64,000 nucleotides of DNA from NCBI GenBank assembly GCA_902406375.1, contig CABPDL010000003.1:12125-76124 (forward strand). The letters run 5' to 3'. Under the pieces are notes generated by a model. That model was not told the DNA's origin, ran no database searches, and was given only the letters and a program-made list of their open reading frames with translations. This document shows positions 25,655 to 34,908 of this stretch, piece by piece (position 1 is the first letter of the stretch; the number at the start of each line of letters is the position of its first letter). Origin of the DNA: an uncultured Collinsella sp. (GTDB lineage Bacteria > Actinomycetota > Coriobacteriia > Coriobacteriales > Coriobacteriaceae). The translations under genes and the position numbers were made by a program.

Positions 25655-27653
25655 TGTGGCCGAAAAACTCCGCGTCTGCTGCACGCCAGGGGCGGAAGGT
25701 GGCGGGATCGACCTTTACGTGTGCCGCGGCGGGTACGTCGTACCATTTGACCGTGTAACCGGCGCCGTGAGAGCAAAAGACCGAGTCGGGCGTGTTGGGC
25801 AGATCGGCCTCGGGCTCATAGGCGGCAGTCTCGATGACGCGCTCGGCATCATGGCAAGCCGCATAGCCGGCGAACTCCAGGTACAGATGCCCGCGACCGC
25901 TCGTGTAGGCGGCCACCTCCAGCGCGTAATCCTGCACCTCGGATGCTGGCACGCGACCCACAAGCTTTGTCCGGTCTCCCGCCATCGTCGGCGGCTCGTA
26001 CTCGGCACCCATGCGTGTGGCATCCGAGAGCGCCCGGCCCACGCACTCCCCCGGTACCTCGAGCTCAAAGCGATACCACGGCTCCAGCAGTACCGCCGCG
26101 CCGGCCTCACGCGCCTGCATGAGTCCCTGGCGAATCGCACGGTACGTGGCCTGGCGAAAATCACCGCCCTCGGTGTGCTTGGCATGCGCGCGGCCGCCCG
26201 TGAGCGTAATGCGCACATCGGTGATGGGCGAGCCAGTCAGCACACCCAGGTGGTCGCGCTCCATGGCGTTGGTGAGTGCCAAACGCTGCCAGTTAAGATC
26301 GAGCTCGTCGGTCGAGGTCACGGTGCCAAACTGCACGCCCGAACCCGCTGGCAACGGCTCCAGGCGCAAATGCACCTCGGCATAGTGGCGCAGCGGCTCA
26401 AAGTGGCCCACGCCCTCGACCGGCTGCGAAATAGCCTCCTTATAGAGAATGCCGCCAGACTCAAACGCAACCGAAAGGCCAAAACGATCGGCCAACACCC
26501 GCTGCACGACCTCGAGTTGCACAGCGCCCATCAACTGCAAATGAATCTGCTCTAGATGCGTATTCCAGCTTACGCCGAGCATGGGATCTTCGTCCGCCAG
26601 CTCAGTCAACGCTTTGAACACCGCATGGACATCGTGTTCGCCCGGAAGCACCGTATAGGTGAGGACCGGCGCAATGACGGGCGCATCGCCCGCGGGCTCC
26701 GCGCCCAGGGCGTCCCCTGGGCGAACATGCGCAAGACCCGTCACAGCACAAATACCGCCAGCAGCAACTTCTTGGGCAAGCTCATACTTTTCGCCGTTAT
26801 AGATGCGTACCTGATCGACCTTCTGCTCCCATGCCTCGGCGCCGGAACGTCCGTCAATCATCTGCTTGGCATGCAGCGTGCCGCCGGTCACTTTAACCCA
26901 AGCCAAGCGCTCGCCGCGATCCCCGCGGCTGACACGATAGACGCGCGCGGCAAACTCCGGAAGCCATGCCTGTTCACGCATCAGCGCGCATATGCCGTCC
27001 AGCAGCTCGTCCACGCCTTGGTCCTTGAGCGCCGACCCGGCAAAGCAGGGAAAGAGTTTGCGCTCGGCAACCATGCGCGACAGCGTTGCGACAGAAAGCT
27101 CGCCCGCCTCAAGAAACTCCTCGAGCGCTTCTTCGTCTAACGCGGCAGCGTCCTCCTGAACGGCCCCGCCCGCCAGCAGTTCGCTGGCATCCAAGCAGCC
27201 CTCGGAGAGACGTTGCCCAAGTTGTGCCAGCAAAACATCGCGGCCGGGATTCTCCAAATCGATTTTATTGACATAGATGAACGTCGGGATGTCATAGCGC
27301 GCAAGCAGGCGCCACAGGGTTTCGGTATGACCCTGTACGCCATCGTTGGCACCCACAACCAAAATCGCGTAGTCGAGCGCGCGCAGCGTGCGCTCCGCCT
27401 CGGCAGAAAAATCGACATGCCCCGGCGCATCCACGAGCATGACGTGGGTATCGCCATGGTCGAGCACGGCCTGCGACGAGAAGATCGTAATGCCACGCTC
27501 ACGCTCGATCGCGTTCGTGTCCAGATGCGAATCGCCATCGTCCACGCGGCCGCGCTTGCGAATGCGACCCGCGTTGAACAACATGGCCTCGGCCAGCGTG
27601 GTCTTGCCGGCATCGACATGCGCCAAGATTCCAACGACCGCTTGCTTCGACAT
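25650..27653 (-). CDS. Translation-factor GTPase of the Tet(M)/Tet(O) ribosomal-protection / EF-G-like family
   Basis: ATG 27653 after GAGGAG. G1 AHVDAGKTTL, G2 region ERERGITI, G3 DAPGHVDF, G4 NKID, followed by EF-G-like domains II-V. 668 aa. Confidence 0.8.
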   Translation of the reverse strand: MSKQAVVGILAHVDAGKTTLAEAMLFNAGRIRKRGRVDDGDSHLDTNAIERERGITIFSSQAVLDHGDTHVMLVDAPGHVDFSAEAERTLRALDYAILVVGANDGVQGHTETLWRLLARYDIPTFIYVNKIDLENPGRDVLLAQLGQRLSEGCLDASELLAGGAVQEDAAALDEEALEEFLEAGELSVATLSRMVAERKLFPCFAGSALKDQGVDELLDGICALMREQAWLPEFAARVYRVSRGDRGERLAWVKVTGGTLHAKQMIDGRSGAEAWEQKVDQVRIYNGEKYELAQEVAAGGICAVTGLAHVRPGDALGAEPAGDAPVIAPVLTYTVLPGEHDVHAVFKALTELADEDPMLGVSWNTHLEQIHLQLMGAVQLEVVQRVLADRFGLSVAFESGGILYKEAISQPVEGVGHFEPLRHYAEVHLRLEPLPAGSGVQFGTVTSTDELDLNWQRLALTNAMERDHLGVLTGSPITDVRITLTGGRAHAKHTEGGDFRQATYRAIRQGLMQAREAGAAVLLEPWYRFELEVPGECVGRALSDATRMGAEYEPPTMAGDRTKLVGRVPASEVQDYALEVAAYTSGRGHLYLEFAGYAACHDAERVIETAAYEPEADLPNTPDSVFCSHGAGYTVKWYDVPAAAHVKVDPATFRPWRAADAEFFGHM

Positions 27654-27847
27654 GGCTCTCCTCTTATTGCAAGCCCATCGCACGCGGCAACGGGCATCCT
27701 CGTTCCACACTGGATGATACAATGTACGGGCCGGCGGGCGAAGCGAGCCCTATCCCCCGACCGAGCTCATCGCCCCGCGTTGCCGCGCAGCGATTTTCGT
27801 AGGTTCGCGCCTTGCGAAAGCCGGCTTTCAAAACAGCGTAGTAATCG

Positions 27848-27874
27848 AAAATGGCCCCACCCGGGGCCATTTTT
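27848..27874. terminator. Hairpin terminator downstream of the GNAT gene
   Basis: AAAATGGCCCC (27848-27858) / GGGGCCATTTT (27863-27873), with A/T tracts on both sides. Confidence 0.6.
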
Positions 27875-27902
27875 GGTAAAACGCTGGTATGTGGCTCGGC
27901 CT

Positions 27903-28394
27903 TTATGCCTCGCGCAGCCAATCAAACGCGACGCGCGGCGTACCGTCCGACACATATACGATACCGGCGCGCTTAAACCCGGCCTTGGCGATGGCTCCCT
28001 GCATGGGCAGGTTGTCCTGATGCGTGTCGATGCGCAGGTGATCGGCGCGTTCCTTGGCAAAGGCAAACATCGCAGCCGCGATACCGTGCGCGGTGCCATC
28101 GGACGCCACACGGTGCAGCACAGCATACGGGGCGTCGCTGCGCCACTGGCCGCCCTCGATCACATCGTAGGAACTGTCCGGCCCCGGCAGAAAGGCAAAC
28201 GTCGCCACCACGCGTCCGTCTTCCTCGCACACATAGCTGCCACCGGCGGCGATATCGGCAGCCAGCTGCTCGCCCGAAGGCGTGCCCTCGGGCCACTGCG
28301 TCGTGTTGCCATGTGCGCGCATAAAGGCGCGGGCCGCGTCATAGATGGCCATGACGGCGGGAATGTCGGTATCGAGGGTTTTTCTGATCATCAC
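27903..28394 (-). CDS. GNAT-family N-acetyltransferase
   Basis: 163 aa. ...VATFAFLPG...HRVASDGTAHGIAAAMFAFAKE...IDTHQDNLPMQGAIAKAGF... has the typical acetyl-CoA-binding core layout. Confidence 0.8.
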   Translation of the reverse strand: MMIRKTLDTDIPAVMAIYDAARAFMRAHGNTTQWPEGTPSGEQLAADIAAGGSYVCEEDGRVVATFAFLPGPDSSYDVIEGGQWRSDAPYAVLHRVASDGTAHGIAAAMFAFAKERADHLRIDTHQDNLPMQGAIAKAGFKRAGIVYVSDGTPRVAFDWLREA

Positions 28395-28468
28395 GCGGCG
28401 ACCTCACGTTTATTGGTATCACTTTGATTGAGCAATGATACCAACGTTTGGAGAAGGGCGCGAAGCAG

Positions 28469-28765
28469 ATGGGAAGCAAAAAGCGAGCCGCCTGGTCAAA
28501 GGCCAAAAGCGAGTTTTTGAGCGCTGCTACCGGCGGCGATATGAGCGACCTGTTTGCACGCGAGGACGAGCGCCGCGACGCCCTGGACGCCGAGCGCGAT
28601 GAAGCCTGGCGCTACAAATCGTGCGAGCGCAAAAACCGTTACGACACGCGCGCCGAGGCCGAGGCAGTTATGGCCGACTGCGAAAACCGCGGACGCCGCG
28701 GGCTGGCCTGCTACAAATGCGAATACTGCGGCGGCTGGCACTTGACGTCGCACCCTTGGAAATAG
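28469..28765 (+). CDS. Small hypothetical protein with a C-terminal zinc-ribbon-like motif (CYKCEYCGGWHLTS)
   Basis: ORF with charged N-terminal half and ...RYDTRAEAEAVM...ACYKCEYCGGWHLTSHP at the C-terminus. The start is uncertain (ATG 28469 or TTG 28448). Confidence 0.45.
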   Translation: MGSKKRAAWSKAKSEFLSAATGGDMSDLFAREDERRDALDAERDEAWRYKSCERKNRYDTRAEAEAVMADCENRGRRGLACYKCEYCGGWHLTSHPWK

Positions 28766-28813
28766 GCGCCGCATCGGCACGGCATTGACGGAGCGCCAGC
28801 CATCGCACGCAAG

Positions 28814-29524
28814 CTACGGGCGCGGCGGCACCAACACATCGTAGCGAACGGCCTTGCCCGCAAGTTGATAGCTCGGCTTAACGCCGGCAAGCAGCGGCCC
28901 CTTCACCGGCCGCTTGATAACGACCTTGCGCGGGCGCGCCGCAAGCGCAGCTTCGACCAGCGTCTCCTCATCGGCGCACGGCTGCTCCAGATGGTGCAAG
29001 AGTTGGAACTTCTTTTTCACCGCCGCGCTCTTGGTGCGTTCGGGAAACATGGGATCCAGATATACCACGTCGGGGGCGGCAAGCTCGCCCCGCCCGATCA
29101 GCTCAGCCGTATGGCGAAGGCCGGCAATGCTGTCCTCGCCCGCATGTAAGCGCATGCGCGACACGGCAGCCGCAAGCGCCGGATCATCTGCCGCGCGATC
29201 CAGAGCATCCTTGAGGAGCGCCGCGATCACGCAATCCTGCTCATACAGATCGACGGTAAAGCCCGCGGCCGCCAACAGCAGCGAATCCTCGCCAAAGCCT
29301 GCCGTGGCATCAATCGCCCATGGGCACTCGATGCCTTTTGCGCGCGCAGCCTTTACCAACAGCTCTTGCTGCAGACGGCCCTGCTTGAGCCGCGGAAGCA
29401 TGCGGTCAAAATCGGCACGCAGCTCCATCGTGCCGTCGGTGAGCGTGAGGCCCTCGGACTTCCCGATCAGCTCAAGCCCCGCGGCCCGAGCAACAGAAAA
29501 GGGATCGACGACGCCCATGGGCAC
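28814..29524 (-). CDS. rsmJ: 16S rRNA (guanine1516-N2)-methyltransferase RsmJ-like class I SAM methyltransferase
   Basis: ...AIDATAGFGEDSLLLAAAGF...VVYLDPMFP...KKK..LLH... is characteristic of the RsmJ/DUF548 family. Confidence 0.75.
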   Translation of the reverse strand: MPMGVVDPFSVARAAGLELIGKSEGLTLTDGTMELRADFDRMLPRLKQGRLQQELLVKAARAKGIECPWAIDATAGFGEDSLLLAAAGFTVDLYEQDCVIAALLKDALDRAADDPALAAAVSRMRLHAGEDSIAGLRHTAELIGRGELAAPDVVYLDPMFPERTKSAAVKKKFQLLHHLEQPCADEETLVEAALAARPRKVVIKRPVKGPLLAGVKPSYQLAGKAVRYDVLVPPRP

Positions 29525-29581
29525 TCCTTAGCAAGCAAAACGAATACGCGAGTGCCGTTTATGCCAGCACCTAACCGTCCG

Positions 29582-29725
29582 CTATTGTCCCACATGCGAC
29601 ATGGCCCACAGCATCGCAATGCAAAGCACCGCCATCAATCCCGTGCACACGGCAGCGATCACAGAATCACCCATGTGCCTTCCCAACGACTGCGGCTCAC
29701 GCACTTGCCCTGCTCCGTACATCAT
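29582..29725 (-). CDS. Possible small (47 aa) membrane protein
   Basis: AAGGAGGAG RBS immediately upstream of ATGATG (29720-29725). MMYGAGQVREPQSLGRHMGDSVIAAVCTGLMAVLCIAMLWAMSHVGQ has one hydrophobic helix. No family recognised. Confidence 0.35.
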   Translation of the reverse strand: MMYGAGQVREPQSLGRHMGDSVIAAVCTGLMAVLCIAMLWAMSHVGQ

Positions 29726-29958
29726 GACTCCTCCTTGAGACCAGCTCCTTGTTACGGCCTCATCATCGCAGCGCCGCACATGGGCTGCCATCGATTTGGC
29801 TTACGTCCAGCTTTCCTTTTTGAAAGGTTGGGGTGGGCTGCGCGGGGTCAAAGCGCTTTCAGGCGCATGCATCGCCGCGTTGAACTACAATGTGCTTCAC
29901 CATATGTGCAGCACATGGGGTACGTCAGATTGACGTACTCGTATCGAAAGGACCAGCC

Positions 29959-30360
29959 ATGAGTTCCGCTCGCAAGACTCTCAAAATCCTTGCCCTCGTC
30001 TACTTTGTTTTGGGCATCGCCAGCCTCGTCATCGCCGGCGTCGGCATCGCGACCGGCAACCTCGATTCCACGTACGGGTCGAACGCCATGCTCGCCGCGG
30101 TCGTGCTGGTCGCCAAGGGCCTCATCGATCTCGCCGCGGGCGTTGCGGGCATCAAGGGCGCCAACAAGCCTTCGCAGGTGGATGGTGCGTTTAAGCTCGG
30201 CATCGTTGCCGCAATCGCCACGATTGCGCAGGCCGCGCTCACGCTTCCCGCGCTCGGCGGCAGCTCCGTCAATATCGTCGCCTTTGTCATCGTGGTCTAC
30301 GACCTGTTCTTTGTTCAGCAGGCACACGCCGTTAAGGCCGAGAACAAGGACCGCCTGTAA
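29959..30360 (+). CDS. Hypothetical integral membrane protein (133 aa, 4 predicted TM helices)
   Basis: ATG 29959 after AAAGGA. Hydrophobic helices ILALVYFVLGIASLVIAGVGI, MLAAVVLVAKGLIDLAAGVAGI, LGIVAAIATIAQAAL and IVAFVIVVYDLFFV. Confidence 0.5.
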   Translation: MSSARKTLKILALVYFVLGIASLVIAGVGIATGNLDSTYGSNAMLAAVVLVAKGLIDLAAGVAGIKGANKPSQVDGAFKLGIVAAIATIAQAALTLPALGGSSVNIVAFVIVVYDLFFVQQAHAVKAENKDRL

Positions 30361-30400
30361 GCGCTCGCTTCTCATAACCTCTGCAGCCAAGCAACTAAAA

Positions 30401-30436
30401 AGGGCCGATCGCGCATCTCCGCGGTCGGCCCTTTAC
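30401..30436 (+). terminator. Hairpin terminator
   Basis: AGGGCCGATCGCG (30401-30413) / CGCGGTCGGCCCT (30420-30432), one G-U pair, followed by TT..TTT. Confidence 0.55.
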
Positions 30437-30455
30437 GTTTGCCCAGACAAAACCT

Positions 30456-30485
30456 ACCAAAACAAACCTGTCCCTTTTTGGCAGG
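30456..30485. repeat. Third copy of the (A/G)CCAAAA(C/T)AAACCTGTCCCTTTTTGGCAGG repeat
   Basis: accaaaacaaacctgtccctttttggcagg, against 9911-9940 gccaaaataaacctgtccctttttggcagg. Confidence 0.55.
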
Positions 30486-30488
30486 TTG

Positions 30489-31304
30489 TTAGCTGTGGCG
30501 GTACTCGGCGATGATGAAGTCGATGTCAGTCTGAAGGGTATCGAGGTTTGCCAGGCGCTCTTTGTCGGCAGGGCGTGTGCGGTAGTAGTACGGCGTCATC
30601 TGGAACACTGCCTCGATGTCGGCCTGGGTCTGGAGCGTAATGTTCGCAGACACCCGCTGCGTTCCGATTAACTCAAGCTCGGTAGTCTTCGGCAGCTTCT
30701 CGTCGTTAAGGTACGGCGTATCGTAGAGCACTTCCTTAAGCCCAAACAGATGACGGGCACCCGGCACCACGGTGTAGAGCGAGCCCTCCGGCGCCAGCAC
30801 GCGGGCAAACTCGCGCTCGTTAAAGGGAGCGAAGAGCTCGGTCACCATATCGAAGGCGCCATCGGCCACAGGGATGTCCTTCATGTTGGCTACGAAATAG
30901 GTCGCATCGTCGCGCTTGGCGGCAAGGCGCACCATCTCTTTGCCCAGGTCGAAACCGTAAGCATCCACGCCCGGCACCGCGCCCATGGCGCTGGTGTAAT
31001 AGCCCTCGCCGCAGCAAATATCGAGCAGCGTCATGGGACCGCTCGTAGACGCAGCACGCCCAGACACCTGCTTGCGCACCAGCTCGACCATCGCATCGCG
31101 CAACGGCGCGTAGTATCCACGGTTCAGAAAGTCACGACGGCTGCGCGCCTGTGACTTGGGATCGCCCATGGAGTCGCCGCTCTTGGACGAGCGCAATAGA
31201 TATAGATAGCCCTCGCGCGCACGGTCAAACCGGTGTCCGCCCGCGCATGCAGCACCGCGTTCGTCATCCACCAGCGGCTCATGGCAAACGGGACACAACA
31301 ACAT
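30489..31304 (-). CDS. rlmA: 23S rRNA (guanine745-N1)-methyltransferase RlmA-like
   Basis: N-terminal Zn motif CPVCHEPL...CAGGHRFD...GYLYLL and SAM motif LLDICCGEGYY. Confidence 0.8.
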   Translation of the reverse strand: MLLCPVCHEPLVDDERGAACAGGHRFDRAREGYLYLLRSSKSGDSMGDPKSQARSRRDFLNRGYYAPLRDAMVELVRKQVSGRAASTSGPMTLLDICCGEGYYTSAMGAVPGVDAYGFDLGKEMVRLAAKRDDATYFVANMKDIPVADGAFDMVTELFAPFNEREFARVLAPEGSLYTVVPGARHLFGLKEVLYDTPYLNDEKLPKTTELELIGTQRVSANITLQTQADIEAVFQMTPYYYRTRPADKERLANLDTLQTDIDFIIAEYRHS

Positions 31305-31359
31305 GGCAACTCCTTAGCGCGAACAACACAACGCCCACCATTGTCGCACGCCTTCCCCG

Positions 31360-31419
31360 CCTAGTCATTGGGGACGTTCTTGAATGAGTAATCGTTTTAG
31401 AACGTCCCCAATGACTAGG
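31360..31419. repeat. 60-bp palindromic element (21-bp arms CCTAGTCATTGGGGACGTTCT / AGAACGTCCCCAATGACTAGG), copy 1
   Basis: Perfect 21-bp inverted arms around an 18-nt loop. A second copy lies at 52147-52204. Confidence 0.75.
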
Positions 31420-31482
31420 CGATTAGGAGTATCATCGTCTGCGCAAATAAGCACAAAAGAGCATGTTAGAGATTGAGAGCGT

Positions 31483-32865
31483 ATGGCTGACACCGTATCT
31501 AAGCACATTGACATGACCACCGGATCGCTGTGGCGCAATGTTCCCCTGTTCGCCTTCCCTGTGGCCGCCACGAGCATCTTGGAGCAACTGTCGAACCTCA
31601 TCGCCACGGTCATCATCGGTAACTTCTCGGGCGACCAGGGAACCCTCGCCATGGCGGCGGTCGGCTCCAATGTTCCGCTTACCAGTCTTATGCTCAACCT
31701 GTTTATTGGCATGTCGCTTGGCTCCAACGTGGTCATCGCCAACGCTATCGGCCGCAACGATCAGAACATGGTCAAACGCGCCGTCCACACCTCGATTCTT
31801 ATGGCACTTGTGGGCTTTGTCGTCATCGCACTGGGCGAGATCTTTGCCGAGCCCATGCTCGCCGCGCTCAACGTTCCCGCCGAAACCATGCCGCTCGCTT
31901 CGCTCTACCTACGCGTCTTTTTGCTCAGCATGCCCTCGATCTTGCTTTACAACTTTGAGGCCGCGATCTTCCGCTCCGTCGGCATCACCCGCATGCCGCT
32001 GCAGGCGCTTGCCGTGTCCACCGTCCTCAACATTGGCCTGGACCTCATCTTTGTCCCCGTACTCCACTGGGGCGTCGCGGGCGTCGCCATCGCCACCGCC
32101 ATCGCCTACACCGTCAGCGCCGCTACGCTCTTTATCCGCCTGCTCAAGACCGACTCCGTCGTCCGCGTCACCCCGCGCGACCTGGCTATCGACCCCGTCG
32201 CCCTCAAGCGCATCGTCAAGATCGGCCTGCCCGCCGGCATCCAGAGCGCCGTCTTTGCCGTCGCCAACATCATCATCCAGTCTGCTATCAACAGCCTGGG
32301 CACCGAGGTCATGGCGGCATCGAGCGCCGCTATGAGCTTGGAGTACGTATGCTACAACCTGCTCAACAGCTTTAGCCAGGCTTGCACCACCTTTGTGGGA
32401 CAAAACCACGGTGCCCGCCAGATCGACCGCTGCACCAAAACGCTCAAGGTCTGCCTGGTCGAAGGCGGTATCGTTGCACTCACCACGATCATCGTTATTG
32501 TCGGCCTGGGGCGCGAGATCTTGTCGCTGTTCAACAGCGATCCCAACATCGTCTCGATCGGCTATATCCGCGTGTGTTCGATCTTCCCGGCGTACGCCTT
32601 TAGCATGTTCTACGAAAACATGTCCGGCTACCTACGCGGCTTTGGTATCTCGCTCACGCCCGCCCTCATCACCATGATCTGCGTCTGCGGCATCCGCTTC
32701 TATTGGGTGTTCTGCGTGTTCCCGCACTTCCGCACCTTTGCGAACATCATGATGGTCTACCCCATCAGCCTGGGCACCACGGCGTTCTTTATGGTCGTGG
32801 CGGTACTACTTTGCCACCCGGCACGCACCTATCGCGCCACCCAAGCCAAAGCGACAGCCCGCTAG
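31483..32865 (+). CDS. MATE-family efflux transporter
   Basis: 460 aa, 12 TM. ...LWRNVPLFAFPVAATSILEQL...AAVGSNVPL... is a typical MATE N-terminus, with internal two-fold repeat. Confidence 0.85.
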   Translation: MADTVSKHIDMTTGSLWRNVPLFAFPVAATSILEQLSNLIATVIIGNFSGDQGTLAMAAVGSNVPLTSLMLNLFIGMSLGSNVVIANAIGRNDQNMVKRAVHTSILMALVGFVVIALGEIFAEPMLAALNVPAETMPLASLYLRVFLLSMPSILLYNFEAAIFRSVGITRMPLQALAVSTVLNIGLDLIFVPVLHWGVAGVAIATAIAYTVSAATLFIRLLKTDSVVRVTPRDLAIDPVALKRIVKIGLPAGIQSAVFAVANIIIQSAINSLGTEVMAASSAAMSLEYVCYNLLNSFSQACTTFVGQNHGARQIDRCTKTLKVCLVEGGIVALTTIIVIVGLGREILSLFNSDPNIVSIGYIRVCSIFPAYAFSMFYENMSGYLRGFGISLTPALITMICVCGIRFYWVFCVFPHFRTFANIMMVYPISLGTTAFFMVVAVLLCHPARTYRATQAKATAR

Positions 32866-32892
32866 ACACCGCACTCAACGCCACGCCAGTCA

Positions 32893-33759
32893 TTAATTGA
32901 CAATATGCGAGCTCATATAGTCGATAAAGCGCCTCGTGGCGATAGGCATGGTATCCCAGCTGCGCCAAGCTGCCACTACGTCGCGCGAGGGAGCATGCAC
33001 GATGGGTCGCACACGAATATCGGCTCGCATGCCCTCCACAGTACGACGGTAGAGCATGCTCACGCCTAGGCCCTCCTCCACCATCGCCATGATGGTGTAG
33101 TCGTCAGTCACCTCACTCGTCACGTGCGGCGACAGCCCATGTGTCGCAAATGCATCGAGCACCAGGCTCTGTTCGCCCTCATCCAGCAGCACAAAGGGCT
33201 CGGACGCCAGGTCGGCGAGCGTCACCTTTTCCTTTGCCGCCAGCGGATGCGCAGCCGGCAGCAGCGCCACCAACTCGTCATGATAGACCACACGCTTCTC
33301 GAGGCCTGCGGTAAACCCGCGCGCCGTAAAGCAAAAATCCACCACGCCGTCGTGCACCCACTGAGCGTTGCGCGTGTAATCGCCCTGCTTGAGGGTAAAG
33401 CGTACGCCCGGGTGCAGCGTACCAAAGTCGCGGATCACACGCGGCAGCACGGTACGGCTCACGTTGGTAAACGTCGCGATGCGAATATCGGTCGACGAAA
33501 GCCCCAGCAGCTCCTGGCGCTTGCCCTCGAGCTCGGCCTCGGCGGTCACAATCTGGCGCAGGTACGGCAGATACTGCTTGCCATCGCGCGTAAGCGAAAC
33601 GCCCTGCTTTCCGCGCTCGATAAGCGTGGTGCCCAGCTCGCGCTCGAGCGCCTTGACGGCCTGGCTCACCGCACTTTGCGTATAGCCCAACTCGTCCGCC
33701 GCGCCCTTAAGACTGCCGCGATCGACCACCATACAAACAATCTGATACCGCGATGCCAT
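32893..33759 (-). CDS. LysR-family transcriptional regulator
   Basis: HTH ...YQIVCMVVDRGSLKGAADELGYTQSAVSQAVKALERELG... Divergent from the DMT transporter gene. Confidence 0.85.
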   Translation of the reverse strand: MASRYQIVCMVVDRGSLKGAADELGYTQSAVSQAVKALERELGTTLIERGKQGVSLTRDGKQYLPYLRQIVTAEAELEGKRQELLGLSSTDIRIATFTNVSRTVLPRVIRDFGTLHPGVRFTLKQGDYTRNAQWVHDGVVDFCFTARGFTAGLEKRVVYHDELVALLPAAHPLAAKEKVTLADLASEPFVLLDEGEQSLVLDAFATHGLSPHVTSEVTDDYTIMAMVEEGLGVSMLYRRTVEGMRADIRVRPIVHAPSRDVVAAWRSWDTMPIATRRFIDYMSSHIVN

Positions 33760-33917
33760 CGTGCCTCCACATCAATGCAGCCGTAAAACGTTTTGCCAGC
33801 GCTTTTCCTAATGACATTAGCATTTCTTAATCATACTGAAGATACATTCGCTTTACTACATCCACATCTGGGAGCAGAATCCTTTTTACGAAACCGTTCT
33901 GTAACAAAAGGAGTCCC

Positions 33918-34820
33918 ATGGATCGCAAAAAAGCAATCGCGCTCTCATTTTCCGTTCCCGTCGCATGGGGCTTTTCGTACCCCCTCATGAAGATCGGCAT
34001 GGACAGCATGAACGCCACGAGCATCGTTGCGCTGCGCTGCATCATCGCCTTTGCGGCTTGCCTGCTGCTCTTCCACAAGCACGCGTTGCGCATCAACCGT
34101 GACCTTATGGTCCGCGCCGCCATCATCGGCGCCATTATGGCAACCGAGCTCACCTGCATGTGCCTGGGCTCCAGCCTCACCTCCGCCTCCACCGCCGGCT
34201 TTTTGCAGAGCCTGACGGTCGTGATCGTGCCGTTTGCCAACGCCGCCCTGCTGCGTCGTGCCCCCGAGCGCAAAGTGCTCATCGGCACCGCCATCGTCAC
34301 CTGCGGCATGCTGCTGCTCTCGGGCGCCGACTTCACCAGCCTGAACCCGGGCGCGCTCATCATGCTGCTCTCGGCCTTTATCTATGCCAGCCACATTATC
34401 GTGGCCAAGCGCTTTGTCGAAGAAGTCGATCCGCTTGCTCTGGGCGTTTGGCAGCTGGGCTTCGGCGGCTTATTCTCGGGTATCGCCGCATTCACCTTTG
34501 GCGGTTTCACGCTTCCCGGCACGCCTAGCGAGATTGTCGTTGTCGTCGCGCTCGCACTCATCTGCTCTGCCTATGGCTTTATCACCCAAACGCTCGTGCA
34601 GCCCCACGTGCCTGCCGAGACCACCGGCTTCGCCTTCTCGCTCGAGCCGGTATGCTCCGCCGTCTTCTCGTTCTTCCTGGTCGGCGAGGTCCTCAGCCCC
34701 ATCGCCTTCATTGGCGCCGCCCTCATCCTCACCGGCGTCATGGTGGCAACCGTCGAACTTCCGCACCTTCGCGCACATGGACAGGCTCGCATGGCAGGAG
34801 CGCCCGAGCACGTCTCGTAG
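33918..34820 (+). CDS. DMT-superfamily (EamA-like) transporter
   Basis: ATG after AAAAGGAG. 10 TM helices in two EamA repeats. Confidence 0.8.
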   Translation: MDRKKAIALSFSVPVAWGFSYPLMKIGMDSMNATSIVALRCIIAFAACLLLFHKHALRINRDLMVRAAIIGAIMATELTCMCLGSSLTSASTAGFLQSLTVVIVPFANAALLRRAPERKVLIGTAIVTCGMLLLSGADFTSLNPGALIMLLSAFIYASHIIVAKRFVEEVDPLALGVWQLGFGGLFSGIAAFTFGGFTLPGTPSEIVVVVALALICSAYGFITQTLVQPHVPAETTGFAFSLEPVCSAVFSFFLVGEVLSPIAFIGAALILTGVMVATVELPHLRAHGQARMAGAPEHVS

Positions 34821-34908
34821 ACCCCACTCCTCATACAGCCGTGGCATAAAGGCAACCGGTGCGCCTTTACAATAGATGTCAACAGAGCATCTGACGTAAA
34901 GGAGCCCC

